Shown here: piece after piece, positions 1 through 10,024 of the stretch
Position numbering within the stretch: position 1 is the stretch's first letter
How the letters are laid out: each line of letters starts with the position of its first letter
Assembly: GCA_963805625.1 (NCBI GenBank)
Contig: CAWDVE010000013.1
Location: forward strand, 64,001-128,000
Length of the DNA: 64,000 nt
From: an uncultured Candidatus Rokubacteria bacterium
GTDB taxonomy: Bacteria > Methylomirabilota > Methylomirabilia > Rokubacteriales > DASRDR01
Reading direction: 5' to 3'
Program-made: the position numbers and the translations under genes
Notes under the pieces: generated by a model
The model's input: only the letters and a program-made list of their open reading frames with translations
What the model was told of the DNA's origin: nothing
Database searches by the model: none

Positions 1-229
1 CGGGCGTCACGTAGACGTCGTCGAGATCCAGCTCCGACAGCGCCGACGCCAGCGCGTTGACTCGATCCCCGAGCGGAGCTCGCGCGTCCAGGAGTATGAA
101 TTCGCGACCCTCGACGAGGCAGCGGCCTCCGCCGCGCGCGGGCGGCGTCTCGAACGGCTCGATCCGGACCTCGACGCCGAGGCGTGTCGCGACACGCACC
201 AGCTCGTCGAGGAGGTCCCGGTCATCCAC
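1..229 (-). CDS. conserved hypothetical protein (3' end runs off the window)
   Basis: Not in the ORF track. Minus frame from GTG at 229 (upstream GAGGG RBS) reads VDDRDLLDELVRVATRLGVEVRIEPFE..GGGRCLVEGREFILLDARAPLGDRVNALASALSELDLDDVYVTP and stays open to the edge. Confidence 0.7.
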   Translation of the reverse strand, partial: MDDRDLLDELVRVATRLGVEVRIEPFETPPARGGGRCLVEGREFILLDARAPLGDRVNALASALSELDLDDVYVTP

Positions 230-329
230 AGTCGCCCTCTCGCGGCGCCGCACGGCGCGCGGTAGCGTCCCTAATCTGGCGGAAGATGCAGGAGCGCCCC
301 TCGCCGAACGGAGCGCGCAGTGAGGTCGG

Positions 330-532
330 TCATTCGATGATCTGATCCACCCGCGCCAGCATCGAGGGCGGGATCGTCGGCCCGAGGGCCTTGGCGGTCT
401 TCATGTTGACGTCGAGCTCGAAGGTGGTGGGTTGCTCCGGTACACCTTCCCCGCCTGCTGCGCCTCAGCGGCGAGCGGCGCGGCGATGAGGCCGAGCAGC
501 AGAATGACCATGAGGAGTCGCGGAGCCGCCAT
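330..532 (-). pseudogene. internally deleted ABC transporter substrate-binding protein (ABC_sub_bind family) remnant
   Basis: N-terminal signal region [32 protein letters not shown] joins out of frame to the family C-terminus [35 protein letters not shown]. Most of the protein is missing. Confidence 0.85.
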
Positions 533-740
533 GTGAGCCCCCCGGTCGCGATCGAGATGACATCAGCATAGCTCGGCGCTTTCCTCCCCGGAAGGACGCC
601 GTATCAAGCCACCCAAGGTGCCATCGAGCACCCGGGAACGCGCCATCGGACATGGAACCCTCGATCCCCTCAAGGCCGGAGGAAGGGTTACATGGTGAGC
701 GGTGGGCCAACCCGGATCCGGCAATGCCGATCAGCAGACG

Positions 741-1553
741 TCAGTCGAGGGAGACGACCCCCTCGGCCGCGGCCGCCTCCCACGCGAGCCGGGGGATCTG
801 GGTCGCGAGCTTCCCGCCGCTCACGTCGATCATGGTCCCCGTGATGTAGCCGGCCAGGTCGGAGGCCAGGAAACAGATGAGATTCGCCACTTCCCGCGTC
901 TCCCCCCACCGCCGGAACGTCAGGGTGTCGAGGAGCCGGCGCTGGCGCTCGGCAGGCAGCTCCCTGAACCGGTTGATCTCAGTCGGGATCATCCCGGGGG
1001 CATAGCAGTTCACCGTGACGTTCCAGGGGCCGAGCTCTCCCGCGAGCGCGCGGGTGAAGTAGTGCACCCCCGCCTTCGACGCCGCGTACGCCGCGCTGCC
1101 CGTGATCGGGAGGATCGCCGCGAAGGACGCCGCGTTGATGATCCGGCCGGAGCGCTGCCGCTTCATCACCGGCATCACCGCCTGGCACATCAGGAACGTG
1201 CCCTTCAGGTTCACGTCGAGATTGAGGTCCCACGCCTCCTCGGACAGGGTCTCGACCGGGCCGCCCGGCGCGACGCCGGCGTTGTTCACGAGCACGTCGA
1301 TCCGGCCAAGCGTCCGTGCGACGTCGTCCACCACCGCGCGCGTCCGCGCGGCGTCCCGGACGTCACAGATGTACTGGCGGCCGGTCCAGCCCTGACGCCC
1401 GAACTCGGAGGCCACGTTGTCGAGGAGGTCCTGGCGGATGTCCGTGACCACGGTGGCCGCCCCTTCACGCGCGAGCGTCTCCGCGATCTCGCGGCCGATG
1501 CCACGGCCGGCGCCGGTGACGATCGCGACCTTGCTCCTGAGAACGATCTCCAT
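741..1553 (-). CDS. SDR family NAD(P)-dependent oxidoreductase (FabG-like)
   Basis: TGAGRGIG, NNAG and YAASK motifs. Confidence 0.93.
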   Translation of the reverse strand: MEIVLRSKVAIVTGAGRGIGREIAETLAREGAATVVTDIRQDLLDNVASEFGRQGWTGRQYICDVRDAARTRAVVDDVARTLGRIDVLVNNAGVAPGGPVETLSEEAWDLNLDVNLKGTFLMCQAVMPVMKRQRSGRIINAASFAAILPITGSAAYAASKAGVHYFTRALAGELGPWNVTVNCYAPGMIPTEINRFRELPAERQRRLLDTLTFRRWGETREVANLICFLASDLAGYITGTMIDVSGGKLATQIPRLAWEAAAAEGVVSLD

Positions 1554-2192
1554 CTAAGGATCCTCCATCGGTTCGAGGCGAAGCTTCGAGTAGGTCCGTG
1601 ACTCGGTCACCACGAGGTCGACCCGGCGATCCGTGGCGAGGACCGGCACCGCCGGCACGACCTGGAGCTCGAACGCCGCCGCCACGAGCGGCGGTAGGGG
1701 CTCCGGCCACGAGCCCAGGAGCCGGTCGTAGTATCCGGCTCCATAGCCGATTCGGCCGCCGTCCGGATCGAAGACGAGGCCGGGCACGAGGACGAAGTCG
1801 ATCTCGGCGGGCGCTACCAGGCGGCAGCGCGCCGGAGCGGGCTCGGGAATGCCCCACGTCCCGGGCCGTAGCTCCGTGTCGAGGCCCCGAACCTCGTGGA
1901 GCACCAGGAGCCTGGCCTCGCGATCCACGCGCGGCAGGACGAGCGTCCGGCCGCTGGCCAGCACCTGTTGAAGGAAAGGCCGCGTGTGCACCTCGCTACC
2001 GAACGAGGCGTAGCCGAGGATCGTCCGGGCCCGCCGGAAGGCGTCCAACACCCGCGTCCGCTCGAGCGCCGCCGCGGACAGCCGCGCCCGCGCAGAAGGT
2101 TGGAGCGCGTCGCGGCGCGCCAGGATCTCCCGGCGCAGCGCGGCCTTGGCCGCGGCATGATGAGGATCGAGCTCAGGCTTGGCGTCGACCAC
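1554..2192 (-). CDS. ygfA: 5-formyltetrahydrofolate cyclo-ligase
   Basis: KAALRREILARR N-terminus; WGIPEP; DFVLVPGLVFD..GGRIGYGAGYYDRLL signature. Confidence 0.93.
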   Translation of the reverse strand: MVDAKPELDPHHAAAKAALRREILARRDALQPSARARLSAAALERTRVLDAFRRARTILGYASFGSEVHTRPFLQQVLASGRTLVLPRVDREARLLVLHEVRGLDTELRPGTWGIPEPAPARCRLVAPAEIDFVLVPGLVFDPDGGRIGYGAGYYDRLLGSWPEPLPPLVAAAFELQVVPAVPVLATDRRVDLVVTESRTYSKLRLEPMEDP

Positions 2193-2249
2193 GGGCGCAA
2201 GCGTACGCCACCCTCGCGCGCGGTGCCATCGGCCGCGCGGGGGGGGCGG

Positions 2250-2951
2250 TCAGGATCGGGCTATCGTGATCCAGGTCGCACGTGCCACCGCGCGCGGCGT
2301 GCCGTCCTCGCCAAGGATTGCCACGGCCGCCAAGCGCTTTCGGCCCTCGCCGCCAAGCGCCCAGCCCATGACGACGCAAGGCTCTCCCACTCGAACGGGA
2401 CCTATGAGACGCGCGGCTAGCTCGCCTAGGAGCATCGGCATCGCCCGGGTCACGACGATGGACGCCCACCCGCTCGGGCAGTCGAGCGCGGCCCACAGGA
2501 ACACCGGCCGGACATCGTCACGGCCGTCGGCGAGTGAGGCATCGGGAATCCACGGCGCCGCCACCAGATCGCGACCCGGCACCGGCCCCGGGAAGATCCG
2601 CAGGCCATCCCCGGCCGCCCGCGCCGGCCCACACGCAAAGCAGCCCGGGAAGACATGTTCGCGAAACCCAGGGTACTCGCGCGATGCGAGCTCCGCCTCG
2701 TCGAAGCCGACGGCAGCCGGTAGGACGACATCGACGGCGGTCGGCACGCCGGTCGCCACGACCGCCCCGCCATCGAGGAGGCTCACGCCGTCACCCCCCC
2801 GGCGAACCGCGAGCCCGCGACCGAGCGGAGGTGGTCGGTGGAGCCGCACGCGCGCCGACCCATCAAGCAGGCCGGCGACCAAGCCGCAGACATATCCCCC
2901 GTGGCCGGAGTCCGGCGGGCCGTTGAAGCGCGGGGCGATTGTCAGCTCCAC
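2250..2951 (-). CDS. hotdog-fold thioesterase-like protein
   Basis: RFNGPPDSGHGGYVCG, FPGCFACG and WAALDCP motifs of a double-hotdog family. Confidence 0.8.
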   Translation of the reverse strand: MELTIAPRFNGPPDSGHGGYVCGLVAGLLDGSARVRLHRPPPLGRGLAVRRGGDGVSLLDGGAVVATGVPTAVDVVLPAAVGFDEAELASREYPGFREHVFPGCFACGPARAAGDGLRIFPGPVPGRDLVAAPWIPDASLADGRDDVRPVFLWAALDCPSGWASIVVTRAMPMLLGELAARLIGPVRVGEPCVVMGWALGGEGRKRLAAVAILGEDGTPRAVARATWITIARS

Positions 2952-2988
2952 GATTCCAGTGGACCCGATGAGCTATGGGGCGCGCAAC

Positions 2989-3041
2989 CCTGGACACCCC
3001 GCAGGAGACGCAACGCTCGCAAGTCCTGCGGGACGTCCAGG
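2989..3041. other. long imperfect inverted repeat in a divergent intergenic region
   Basis: CCTGGAC..CCCGCAGGA pairs with TCCTGCGGG..GTCCAGG. Confidence 0.55.
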
Positions 3042-3431
3042 AAGCGATGGCAAATCTCTCCCTACGGTCCGAGCTCGAATCGCTTGCCGAAGTCGGCCTT
3101 GTCGGAATGGGGCAGCAGAGGCACCCCGGCGGGTCTCGTGACCTCCAGGGACAGCAGCGTCCCACCGGTTTCCAGGCTCACGTGGCGCGCACCGGCGCCA
3201 CCTAGAGGCCGGAGTGAGGGCGAGAACGGTGCCATCGAGAGAGGACAGCGGAATCAGGAGTTTAGGAGCGACAGAGGTCGTTGCCGATGGTGGGCCTCCG
3301 CCGCTGGGTGGGGCAAGTCTCGGCGATCCGGGGGCCGGGGTTGGCGCTCGCACGGTTTGCGTGTACCGTTCATCGGCGGGCGCCAGTTGAGGGCGATGCC
3401 CTAGCCTCCCCCGACATCGAAGGACAGGCCG

Positions 3432-4526
3432 ATGAGCTCCGGACTCGAGGACCGCTTCCAGACGCTCCACGAAATCGTGCGCGCCGCCCGGCGCGAGCTG
3501 CCTCCGGGTCCCTGGGACTACCTGGTCGGCGGCACGGAGACCGAAACGACGCTCCGGCGGAACCGCCAGGCGCTCGACTCGATCGCCTTCCGCCCGCGAG
3601 TCCTCCGGGACGTGTCGGCGATCGACAGCACGGGGACGTGGTTCGGCGAGCCGGTGCGCCTCCCCGTCATGCTGGCCCCCATCGGCTCGATCGAGTCGTT
3701 CACACCAGGCGGTGCCGCCACGGCGGCGAAGGCCGCCGCGCGGTTCGGCGTCCCGCAGATGCTGAGCTCCGCGTGCAACCCGGGGCTCGAGGCTACGGCC
3801 AAGGCGGCTGACACCCTCCGCATCTTCCAGCTCTACGTCCGCGGCGACGACGCGCTGGTGGACGACTGGGTGCGCCGTGCGCGGGATCACGGTTACCGTG
3901 GCTTCTGCCTCACCGTGGACAGCGCCTACTACAGCCGCCGCGAACGCGACCTGGCTCGCCGGTTCGTGAAGCCGTGGCGGGCCTCGGCGACCGGCCTCGA
4001 GTACCAGCGGGGTCTGTCGTGGGATCAGGTCAAGCGCTTCAAGGACGCCCACCCGGATGTGCCGCTCGTCCTCAAGGGCATCGCCACCGGGGAGGATGCG
4101 GAGATCGCCTGCCGCCACGGGGTCGAGGTCGTGTACGTCTCGAACCACGGGGGCCGCCAGCTCGATCACGGCCGGGGAAGCCTCGCGGTCCTGCCTGAGG
4201 TGGTCCGGGCCGTCGGGGGCCGCGCGAAGGTGTGGGTCGACGGGGGCTGTGTTCGCGGCACGGACATCGTGAAGGCGATCGCGCTCGGCGCCGATGTCGT
4301 CGGGCTCGGGCGGATCGCCTGCATGGGGCTCGCCGCGGCCGGTGACGCGGGGCTCGTCCGCGTGCTGGAGCTGCTCGAGGAGGAGGTGCGGCTCTGCCTC
4401 GGGCTCCTGGGCGTGACGCGCTTCGAGGAGCTCGACCCGAGCTACCTCCACGCCGAGACGCCCGTCACCATGCCCTCGGTCGTGAGCGCCTTCCCGCTCC
4501 TCGACCTCGACGTCGACCGCTACTGA
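3432..4526 (+). CDS. FMN-dependent alpha-hydroxy acid oxidase/dehydrogenase
   Basis: DYLVGG, FRPRVLRDVS, FQLY, TVD, LKGI, SNHGGRQLD and DGG motifs. Confidence 0.93.
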   Translation: MSSGLEDRFQTLHEIVRAARRELPPGPWDYLVGGTETETTLRRNRQALDSIAFRPRVLRDVSAIDSTGTWFGEPVRLPVMLAPIGSIESFTPGGAATAAKAAARFGVPQMLSSACNPGLEATAKAADTLRIFQLYVRGDDALVDDWVRRARDHGYRGFCLTVDSAYYSRRERDLARRFVKPWRASATGLEYQRGLSWDQVKRFKDAHPDVPLVLKGIATGEDAEIACRHGVEVVYVSNHGGRQLDHGRGSLAVLPEVVRAVGGRAKVWVDGGCVRGTDIVKAIALGADVVGLGRIACMGLAAAGDAGLVRVLELLEEEVRLCLGLLGVTRFEELDPSYLHAETPVTMPSVVSAFPLLDLDVDRY

Positions 4527-4561
4527 GGGGTGCCCCGGCGCACACCTGCCGGACGGAGGGC

Positions 4562-6649
4562 ATGGCTTACCGCGTCGGCTCGGACATCGGCGGGACGTTC
4601 ACCGACCTCATCCTCGCAAGCGAGGACGGCCAGACCTTCCAGGTCGGCAAGGTGCTCACCACCCCCGACCGGCCCGACGACGCCGTCGTCGCAGGGATCG
4701 AGGCGGTCCTCGGCGCGGCGCGCGTGCCGGCCGGCCGGGTGTCGCACGTCCTCCACGGCACCACCCTCTTCACGAACGCCATCATCGAGCGGAAGGGCGC
4801 CCGGACCGCGCTCGTCACGACCAAGGGCTTCCGCGACGCGGTCGAGATCGCCCGCGAGCACCGCTACGACATGTACGACCTTTACATGCAGCGGCCGCGG
4901 CCGATCGCGCCACGCCACCTCCGCTTCGAGCTCGACGAGCGGATGCTGGTCGACGGCACCGTGAGGAAGCCGGTCGACCCCGACGAGGTGCGGCGCCTGG
5001 CGGACCGGCTGCGATCGGCGGGGATCGAGGCGATCGGCGTGTGCCTGCTCCATGCGTACGCAAACCCCGCCCACGAGCGCCTGGTGGGGACGATCCTGCG
5101 GGAGGCACTCCCGGATGTCGCGGTCACGCTGTCGAGCGAGCTGGTCCCGGAGATCAGGGAGTACGAGCGCACGTCGACCACGCTTGCCAACGTGTACGTC
5201 CAGCGTCTGGCCCAGCGCTACCTGGGGCGGCTGGGTGACCGGCTGCGCGGGGCCGGCGTCGGCGGGGGCCTCTTCATCATGCAGTCCAATGGCGGGCTCT
5301 GTGAGGCGGAGACGGGCGGCCGGTACCCCGTCCGCCTGATCGAGTCGGGCCCCGCGGCCGGCGCCCTCGCCGCCGCGCACTACGGCGCGCTCCTCGGCCA
5401 CAAGGACCTCCTGTCGTTCGACATGGGCGGCACCACCGCCAAGGCGTGCGTCATCGCCGGCGGCGAGCCGCTCGTCTCCCCCGAGTTCGAGATCGACCGC
5501 CGCTATCACTTCAAGAAGGGCAGCGGCCTCCCGATCAAGGTTCCGGTGATCGAGATGATCGAGATCGGCACCGGCGGGGGCTCGATCGCCCGGGTCGACG
5601 CGCTCCGCCGGCTCCTCGTCGGGCCGGAGAGCGCCGGGGCGCGCCCCGGACCGGTGGCCTACGGTCTCGGCGGCACGGAGCCGACCGTGACCGACGCCGA
5701 CCTCGTGCTCGGTTATCTCGACCCCGACTTCTTTCTCGGCGGTCAGATGCGGCTCGACCGGGACGCCGCCCGCCACGCGATCGCCGAGCGGGTCGGGCGG
5801 CCGCTCGGCCTCGGTCCCGTGGAGACCGCCTGGGGCATCCACCAGCTCGCCAACGAGAGCATGGCGAGCGCCGCGCGCATCCACGCGATCGAGCGCGGCA
5901 AGGACGTCGAGCGCTTCCCCATCTTTGCCTTCGGGGGTGCCGGGCCCGTGCACGCCTTCGGCGTGGCCCGCATCCTCCGGAGTCCGACCGTGATCTACCC
6001 GCTGGGCGCCGGCGTCATGTCGGCGGTCGGCTTCCTCGTGGCGCCCCTGTCGTTCGACTTCGTCCGGACGCTCCCCGGCGCCCTGGACACGCTCGACTGG
6101 GATGCCGTCGCGCGGGCGGTCGCCGACATGGAGGCCGAGGGCCGCGCCGTCCTCGGCCAGACGATCCCCGCCGACCAGGTTCGCTTCCGTCGCTTCGCCG
6201 ACATGCGATACCGGAAGCAGGGCTACGAGATCCGCGTGCCCCTCCCCGGCGGGTCGCTCGACGCCTCCCGGCGTGACGAGATCCACCGGAGCTTCGAGGG
6301 CGCGTACCGCGCGATCTACGGCCACACCGTCCGGGATGCGCCGATCGAGGCGGTCTCGTGGCGGGTGGTCGCCCAGGGCCCCCGGCCGACGCTCCGGCTC
6401 CCGACGAGCGCCGGCGCGAGCCGTGACCCGAGGGACGCCCGAAAGGGCATGCGGCGCGTCTACCTCCCCGATGCGCGGGGATACGGGGACGTCCCGGTCT
6501 ACGATCGCTACGCGCTGGGCGCCAGCGCCACGCTGGAGGGACCGGCGGTGATCGAGGAGCGCGAGTCCACAGTCGTGGTCAGCGCGACGGCCCGGATCCG
6601 GGTAGACGACGCCTCGAACGTGATCGTGGAGGTCCCGCCGGTCGCCTAA
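4562..6649 (+). CDS. hydantoinase/oxoprolinase subunit A (ATP-binding)
   Basis: DIGGTFTD, HGTT, REYERTSTT, ESGPAAG, DMGGTT and FGGAGP motifs. Confidence 0.95.
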   Translation: MAYRVGSDIGGTFTDLILASEDGQTFQVGKVLTTPDRPDDAVVAGIEAVLGAARVPAGRVSHVLHGTTLFTNAIIERKGARTALVTTKGFRDAVEIAREHRYDMYDLYMQRPRPIAPRHLRFELDERMLVDGTVRKPVDPDEVRRLADRLRSAGIEAIGVCLLHAYANPAHERLVGTILREALPDVAVTLSSELVPEIREYERTSTTLANVYVQRLAQRYLGRLGDRLRGAGVGGGLFIMQSNGGLCEAETGGRYPVRLIESGPAAGALAAAHYGALLGHKDLLSFDMGGTTAKACVIAGGEPLVSPEFEIDRRYHFKKGSGLPIKVPVIEMIEIGTGGGSIARVDALRRLLVGPESAGARPGPVAYGLGGTEPTVTDADLVLGYLDPDFFLGGQMRLDRDAARHAIAERVGRPLGLGPVETAWGIHQLANESMASAARIHAIERGKDVERFPIFAFGGAGPVHAFGVARILRSPTVIYPLGAGVMSAVGFLVAPLSFDFVRTLPGALDTLDWDAVARAVADMEAEGRAVLGQTIPADQVRFRRFADMRYRKQGYEIRVPLPGGSLDASRRDEIHRSFEGAYRAIYGHTVRDAPIEAVSWRVVAQGPRPTLRLPTSAGASRDPRDARKGMRRVYLPDARGYGDVPVYDRYALGASATLEGPAVIEERESTVVVSATARIRVDDASNVIVEVPPVA

Positions 6650-6672
6650 GGGCCTCCTGGAGCGAAGCCGCC

Positions 6673-8370
6673 ATGGAACAGATCACTCTCGACATCCTGT
6701 GGAGCCGGCTCGTCGCCACCGTCAACGAGCAGGCCGCAGCGCTCATGCGCTCGTCGTTCACGTCCATCGTCCGCGAGTCGGGAGACCTCTCCGCGGGCGT
6801 CTTCGACCGCCGGGGGCGGATGGTCGCCCAGGCCGTCACCGGGACGCCGGGCCACATCAACTCGATGGCGACTGGGATGATCCACTTCCTCGAGCGCTTC
6901 CCGGTCGACACGCTCAAGCCGGGGGACGTCCTCGCCACCAACGATCCCTGGAAGACCGCTTCCCAGCTGAACGACATCACCGTGGCCACGCCGGTCTTCA
7001 GGCGCGGCCGCGTCGTCGCCCTCTTCGCCAACACCTGCCACGCCCTCGACATCGGCGGGCGCGGCCTCTCGGCCGACGCCCGCTCCGTGTTCGAGGAAGG
7101 CCTCGCGATCCCGATGATGAAGCTCCACGACGCCGGACGCCCCGTCGAGCCGCTCTACGAGCTGATCGCCGCCAACGTGCGCACGCCCGAGGAGGTCCTG
7201 GGCGACCTCCACTCCCAGGTCGTCGGCAACGAGGTCGGCGCGCGGCAGCTCACGCGCTTCCTCGACGAGTTCGGGCTCGACGACATCGAGGCCCTGGCCG
7301 ACGAGATCATCGCGCGCTCGGAGCGGGCGATGCGGGAGCGGATCGCCGCCCTCCCCGACGGCGAGTACCGCTATGGGCTCACCATCGACGGCTTCGAGCA
7401 CCCGATCGAGATCCGCGCGGCCGTCCGGATCCACGGCGACGAGCTGACGGTCGACTTCGCCGGCAGCTCGGGCCCGGTCCCGCTCGGCGTCAACGTGGCG
7501 CTGAACTACACCCGGGCCTACACCACCTACGGCATCAAGTGCGTCATCTCGCCCGACGTGCCGAACAACGAGGGGAGCTTCCGCCCGGTGCACGTGACGG
7601 CGCCGGAGGGCTCGATCCTGAACGCGCGCTTCCCGGCCGCCGTGGCGGGCCGCCACCTCGTCGGCCACTTCCTGCCCTCGGCGGTCATGGGCGCGCTCGC
7701 CCAGGCCCTGCCGAACCGGGTCATGGCGCCGGGCTTCGACGGGCTCTGGGACACGCAGATCACGGGCGTCCAGCGCGGGACGGGCCGCCACTTCTCGTTC
7801 ACCTGGTTCTCGGCGGGAGGCACGGGCGCCCTCCGCGGCCAGGACGGGCTCTCGGCCACGGCCTATCCGAGCGGCGTCGCCGGCGTGGCGGCCGAGGTGA
7901 TCGAGACGCTGGCGCCGGTCGTCCTCCGGCGGCGGGAGCTCCGGCCCGACTCGGGCGGCGCCGGGACCTTCCGCGGTGGCCTCGGCCAGGTGATGGAGAT
8001 CGAGGTCCTGACCGACGAGCCCTACGTCTTCTCCGGGCTCTACGAGCGTACGCGTCACGCCGCGCCGGGTCTCCAGGGCGGCGGCCCTGGCGCCTGCGGC
8101 CACATCGCGACCAGCAACGGCGTCCCGCTGCCGCCGAAGATCAGCACGCTCGTGCCCCCCGACACCGTGGTGACGGTCGAGCTGCCGGGGGGCGGCGGCT
8201 ATGGCCCGCCTGCGGGGCGCGATCCGCAGCGCGTCCTGGAGGACGTCCGCGAAGAATACGTCTCGCTCAAGCGCGCGCGCGAGGAGTACGGCGTCGCGGT
8301 CGACCCGGTCACGGGGGCGGTGCTGACGGACGAGACCGCAAAGCTCCGCGCCGCGATGCCGGGCGGCTAG
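6673..8370 (+). CDS. hydantoinase B/oxoprolinase subunit B
   Basis: RESGDLS, NDPW, H..DIGG, EEGL, DSGGAG.FRGGLG and PGGGGYG motifs; follows subunit A. Confidence 0.95.
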   Translation: MEQITLDILWSRLVATVNEQAAALMRSSFTSIVRESGDLSAGVFDRRGRMVAQAVTGTPGHINSMATGMIHFLERFPVDTLKPGDVLATNDPWKTASQLNDITVATPVFRRGRVVALFANTCHALDIGGRGLSADARSVFEEGLAIPMMKLHDAGRPVEPLYELIAANVRTPEEVLGDLHSQVVGNEVGARQLTRFLDEFGLDDIEALADEIIARSERAMRERIAALPDGEYRYGLTIDGFEHPIEIRAAVRIHGDELTVDFAGSSGPVPLGVNVALNYTRAYTTYGIKCVISPDVPNNEGSFRPVHVTAPEGSILNARFPAAVAGRHLVGHFLPSAVMGALAQALPNRVMAPGFDGLWDTQITGVQRGTGRHFSFTWFSAGGTGALRGQDGLSATAYPSGVAGVAAEVIETLAPVVLRRRELRPDSGGAGTFRGGLGQVMEIEVLTDEPYVFSGLYERTRHAAPGLQGGGPGACGHIATSNGVPLPPKISTLVPPDTVVTVELPGGGGYGPPAGRDPQRVLEDVREEYVSLKRAREEYGVAVDPVTGAVLTDETAKLRAAMPGG

Positions 8371-8382
8371 CGCCGCTGCTGG

Positions 8383-9342
8383 TCAGCGGGCTGCCAAGCG
8401 CGCCACCAGGGGCGCCGCTCGATCGAGCTGCCGGTCCGAGACGACGTAGTAGGAGAAGCCGTAGCGCGCGCGGCGCTCCTCCATCTGATCGGCGATCTCG
8501 CTCACCGAGCCGATGAAGACGGACGGCATGGCGAGCACGTCGGACGGGGTGACGCCGCTCCAGCCGCGGCCGACGATGAGATCCGACGCGGCGCGCTCAC
8601 GATTCTCCTCGAACAGGAGGGTCGGGATGAGGCTGAGCTCAATGTCGGGAAAGCGCGCGCCGGCGCCCTCCCGTACCCACGCGAGCTTCTGGGCGACCGT
8701 GTCGGCAAGCCGCTCGGACGCGTCGTCCACCACGGTGCCGGTGGCGACGGAGGTCGTCAGGATGCCGACGATGTCGGCCAGGCGCCCGGCCAGCGTCAGC
8801 ACGCGGCGCCGGCCGCCGCCGATGAGAATGGGCGGACGCGGGCGCTGGGCCGGCTTGGGATGGCCGTCCAGCGAGGCGACCGTGTAGTGCTTGCCGGTGA
8901 ACGAGAACGGACCCGCGCCGAACAGGCCGTCGAGGATCCGGACCGTCTCCTCCAGACGATCGATCCGGGTGCCGGCCGAATCGAACGTGAAACCGGCCGT
9001 GTCGTATTCGCGGCGGAGCCAGCCGGCGCCGAGCCCAAGCTCGAGGCGGCCGCCGGACAGGAGGTCCAGCGTCGCGGCCTCCTTGGCGAGCATCACCGGA
9101 TGGCGATAGTCGACCGCGAGCACCATGGTCCCGAGCCGAAGGTGCATGCTCAGGGCCGCCGCATTGGCCAGGGCAACCAGAGGCGCCGGCTGGTCCCCGA
9201 AGAAGTCCGGCACGAAGTGATCGCGGATCAGGAACGTGGAGAAGCCCACGTCCTCGATTCGCCGGAGGTGGCTCGCCCACGTCGTGGGTGACTGAGGCTC
9301 CTCGTGGATGACCCCGAAGCGGAAAGGCCGGGGACTCAGCAT
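8383..9342 (-). CDS. LLM-class (probably F420-dependent, TIGR03621-like) oxidoreductase
   Basis: RPFRFGV, DHF, RHPVMLAKEAATLDLLSGGRLELGLGAGW and RRARYGFSY motifs. Confidence 0.9.
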   Translation of the reverse strand: MLSPRPFRFGVIHEEPQSPTTWASHLRRIEDVGFSTFLIRDHFVPDFFGDQPAPLVALANAAALSMHLRLGTMVLAVDYRHPVMLAKEAATLDLLSGGRLELGLGAGWLRREYDTAGFTFDSAGTRIDRLEETVRILDGLFGAGPFSFTGKHYTVASLDGHPKPAQRPRPPILIGGGRRRVLTLAGRLADIVGILTTSVATGTVVDDASERLADTVAQKLAWVREGAGARFPDIELSLIPTLLFEENRERAASDLIVGRGWSGVTPSDVLAMPSVFIGSVSEIADQMEERRARYGFSYYVVSDRQLDRAAPLVARLAAR

Positions 9343-9380
9343 CGGGCGCGGCCTCCCTACGTGTCAGGATTCAAAACGTA

Positions 9381-9752
9381 CTAGGAAGCCGCGGCCCGGC
9401 CGGCCGGTCCCGAGTATTCTTCCGGCCGCGGGACGAAGACGATCCGCACCCCCGTACCCTCTTGTCCCAGTGCCTGCTGCGCGATCTCGGTCAGGCGACC
9501 GGCGATGGCGAGGTTTCGCGGCGTCAGGCCGATCGTGACGGTCCAGGGCTGGCCGCGATGCTGCGCAACGGTCGGGGCAACGATCGCCCCCAGCACGCCG
9601 TGAACAGCCTCCGTGACCTTGACCTCCGCGACCACCCGGGCGAGCCGGCGCCGATCGACCCTGTCGACCAGGTGCCCCAGGATGGAGGCGAGGAGCATGG
9701 CCCACCCGAGCAGCGAGACCAGCGCGACCGCGGTCAGCATCGGAGCCGCCAC
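9381..9752 (-). CDS. hypothetical membrane-anchored protein
   Basis: N-terminal hydrophobic helix followed by a small soluble domain; overlaps the upstream small ORF. Confidence 0.6.
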   Translation of the reverse strand: MAAPMLTAVALVSLLGWAMLLASILGHLVDRVDRRRLARVVAEVKVTEAVHGVLGAIVAPTVAQHRGQPWTVTIGLTPRNLAIAGRLTEIAQQALGQEGTGVRIVFVPRPEEYSGPAGRAAAS

Positions 9753-10024
9753 CAGGCCTGCCGGGCGACCAGCGCGTGATCCGCGGGCCGATCGAGCCCG
9801 AGGCTTCTCCCGGCGGCCGGCGACACGGTGGCCGTCGCCACATCCCCCCCGACCCCCGCGGCGCGAGACCGGAGGCTACCCAGCCACCCGGCAATCCTGA
9901 GCCCCGCCTGCACCGCTCCGGCAACCAGCAGCGAGGCGACGACGGCGCCGATGGTCGTCACCACCCCGAACAGGACGAACCCAAGGACACCGACGATCCG
10001 AAGTTCCGTCAGGCTCATGTCCAT
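9734..10024 (-). CDS. small hypothetical membrane protein
   Basis: Strong GGAGGAGG RBS before ATG 10024; hydrophobic segment IVGVLGFVLFGVVTTIGAVVASLLVAGAV. Confidence 0.6.
   Translation of the reverse strand: MDMSLTELRIVGVLGFVLFGVVTTIGAVVASLLVAGAVQAGLRIAGWLGSLRSRAAGVGGDVATATVSPAAGRSLGLDRPADHALVARQAWWRLRC

Noticed and set aside
651-694. CATGGAACCC..GGGTTACATG inverted repeat as an IS end or MITE
   Set aside because: Single short imperfect repeat with no target duplication or transposase; may simply be a terminator-like hairpin after the SDR.
2193-2249. 6S RNA (ssrS), often directly upstream of ygfA
   Set aside because: Only 57 bp separate ygfA from the thioesterase gene, too short for a roughly 180-nt 6S RNA.
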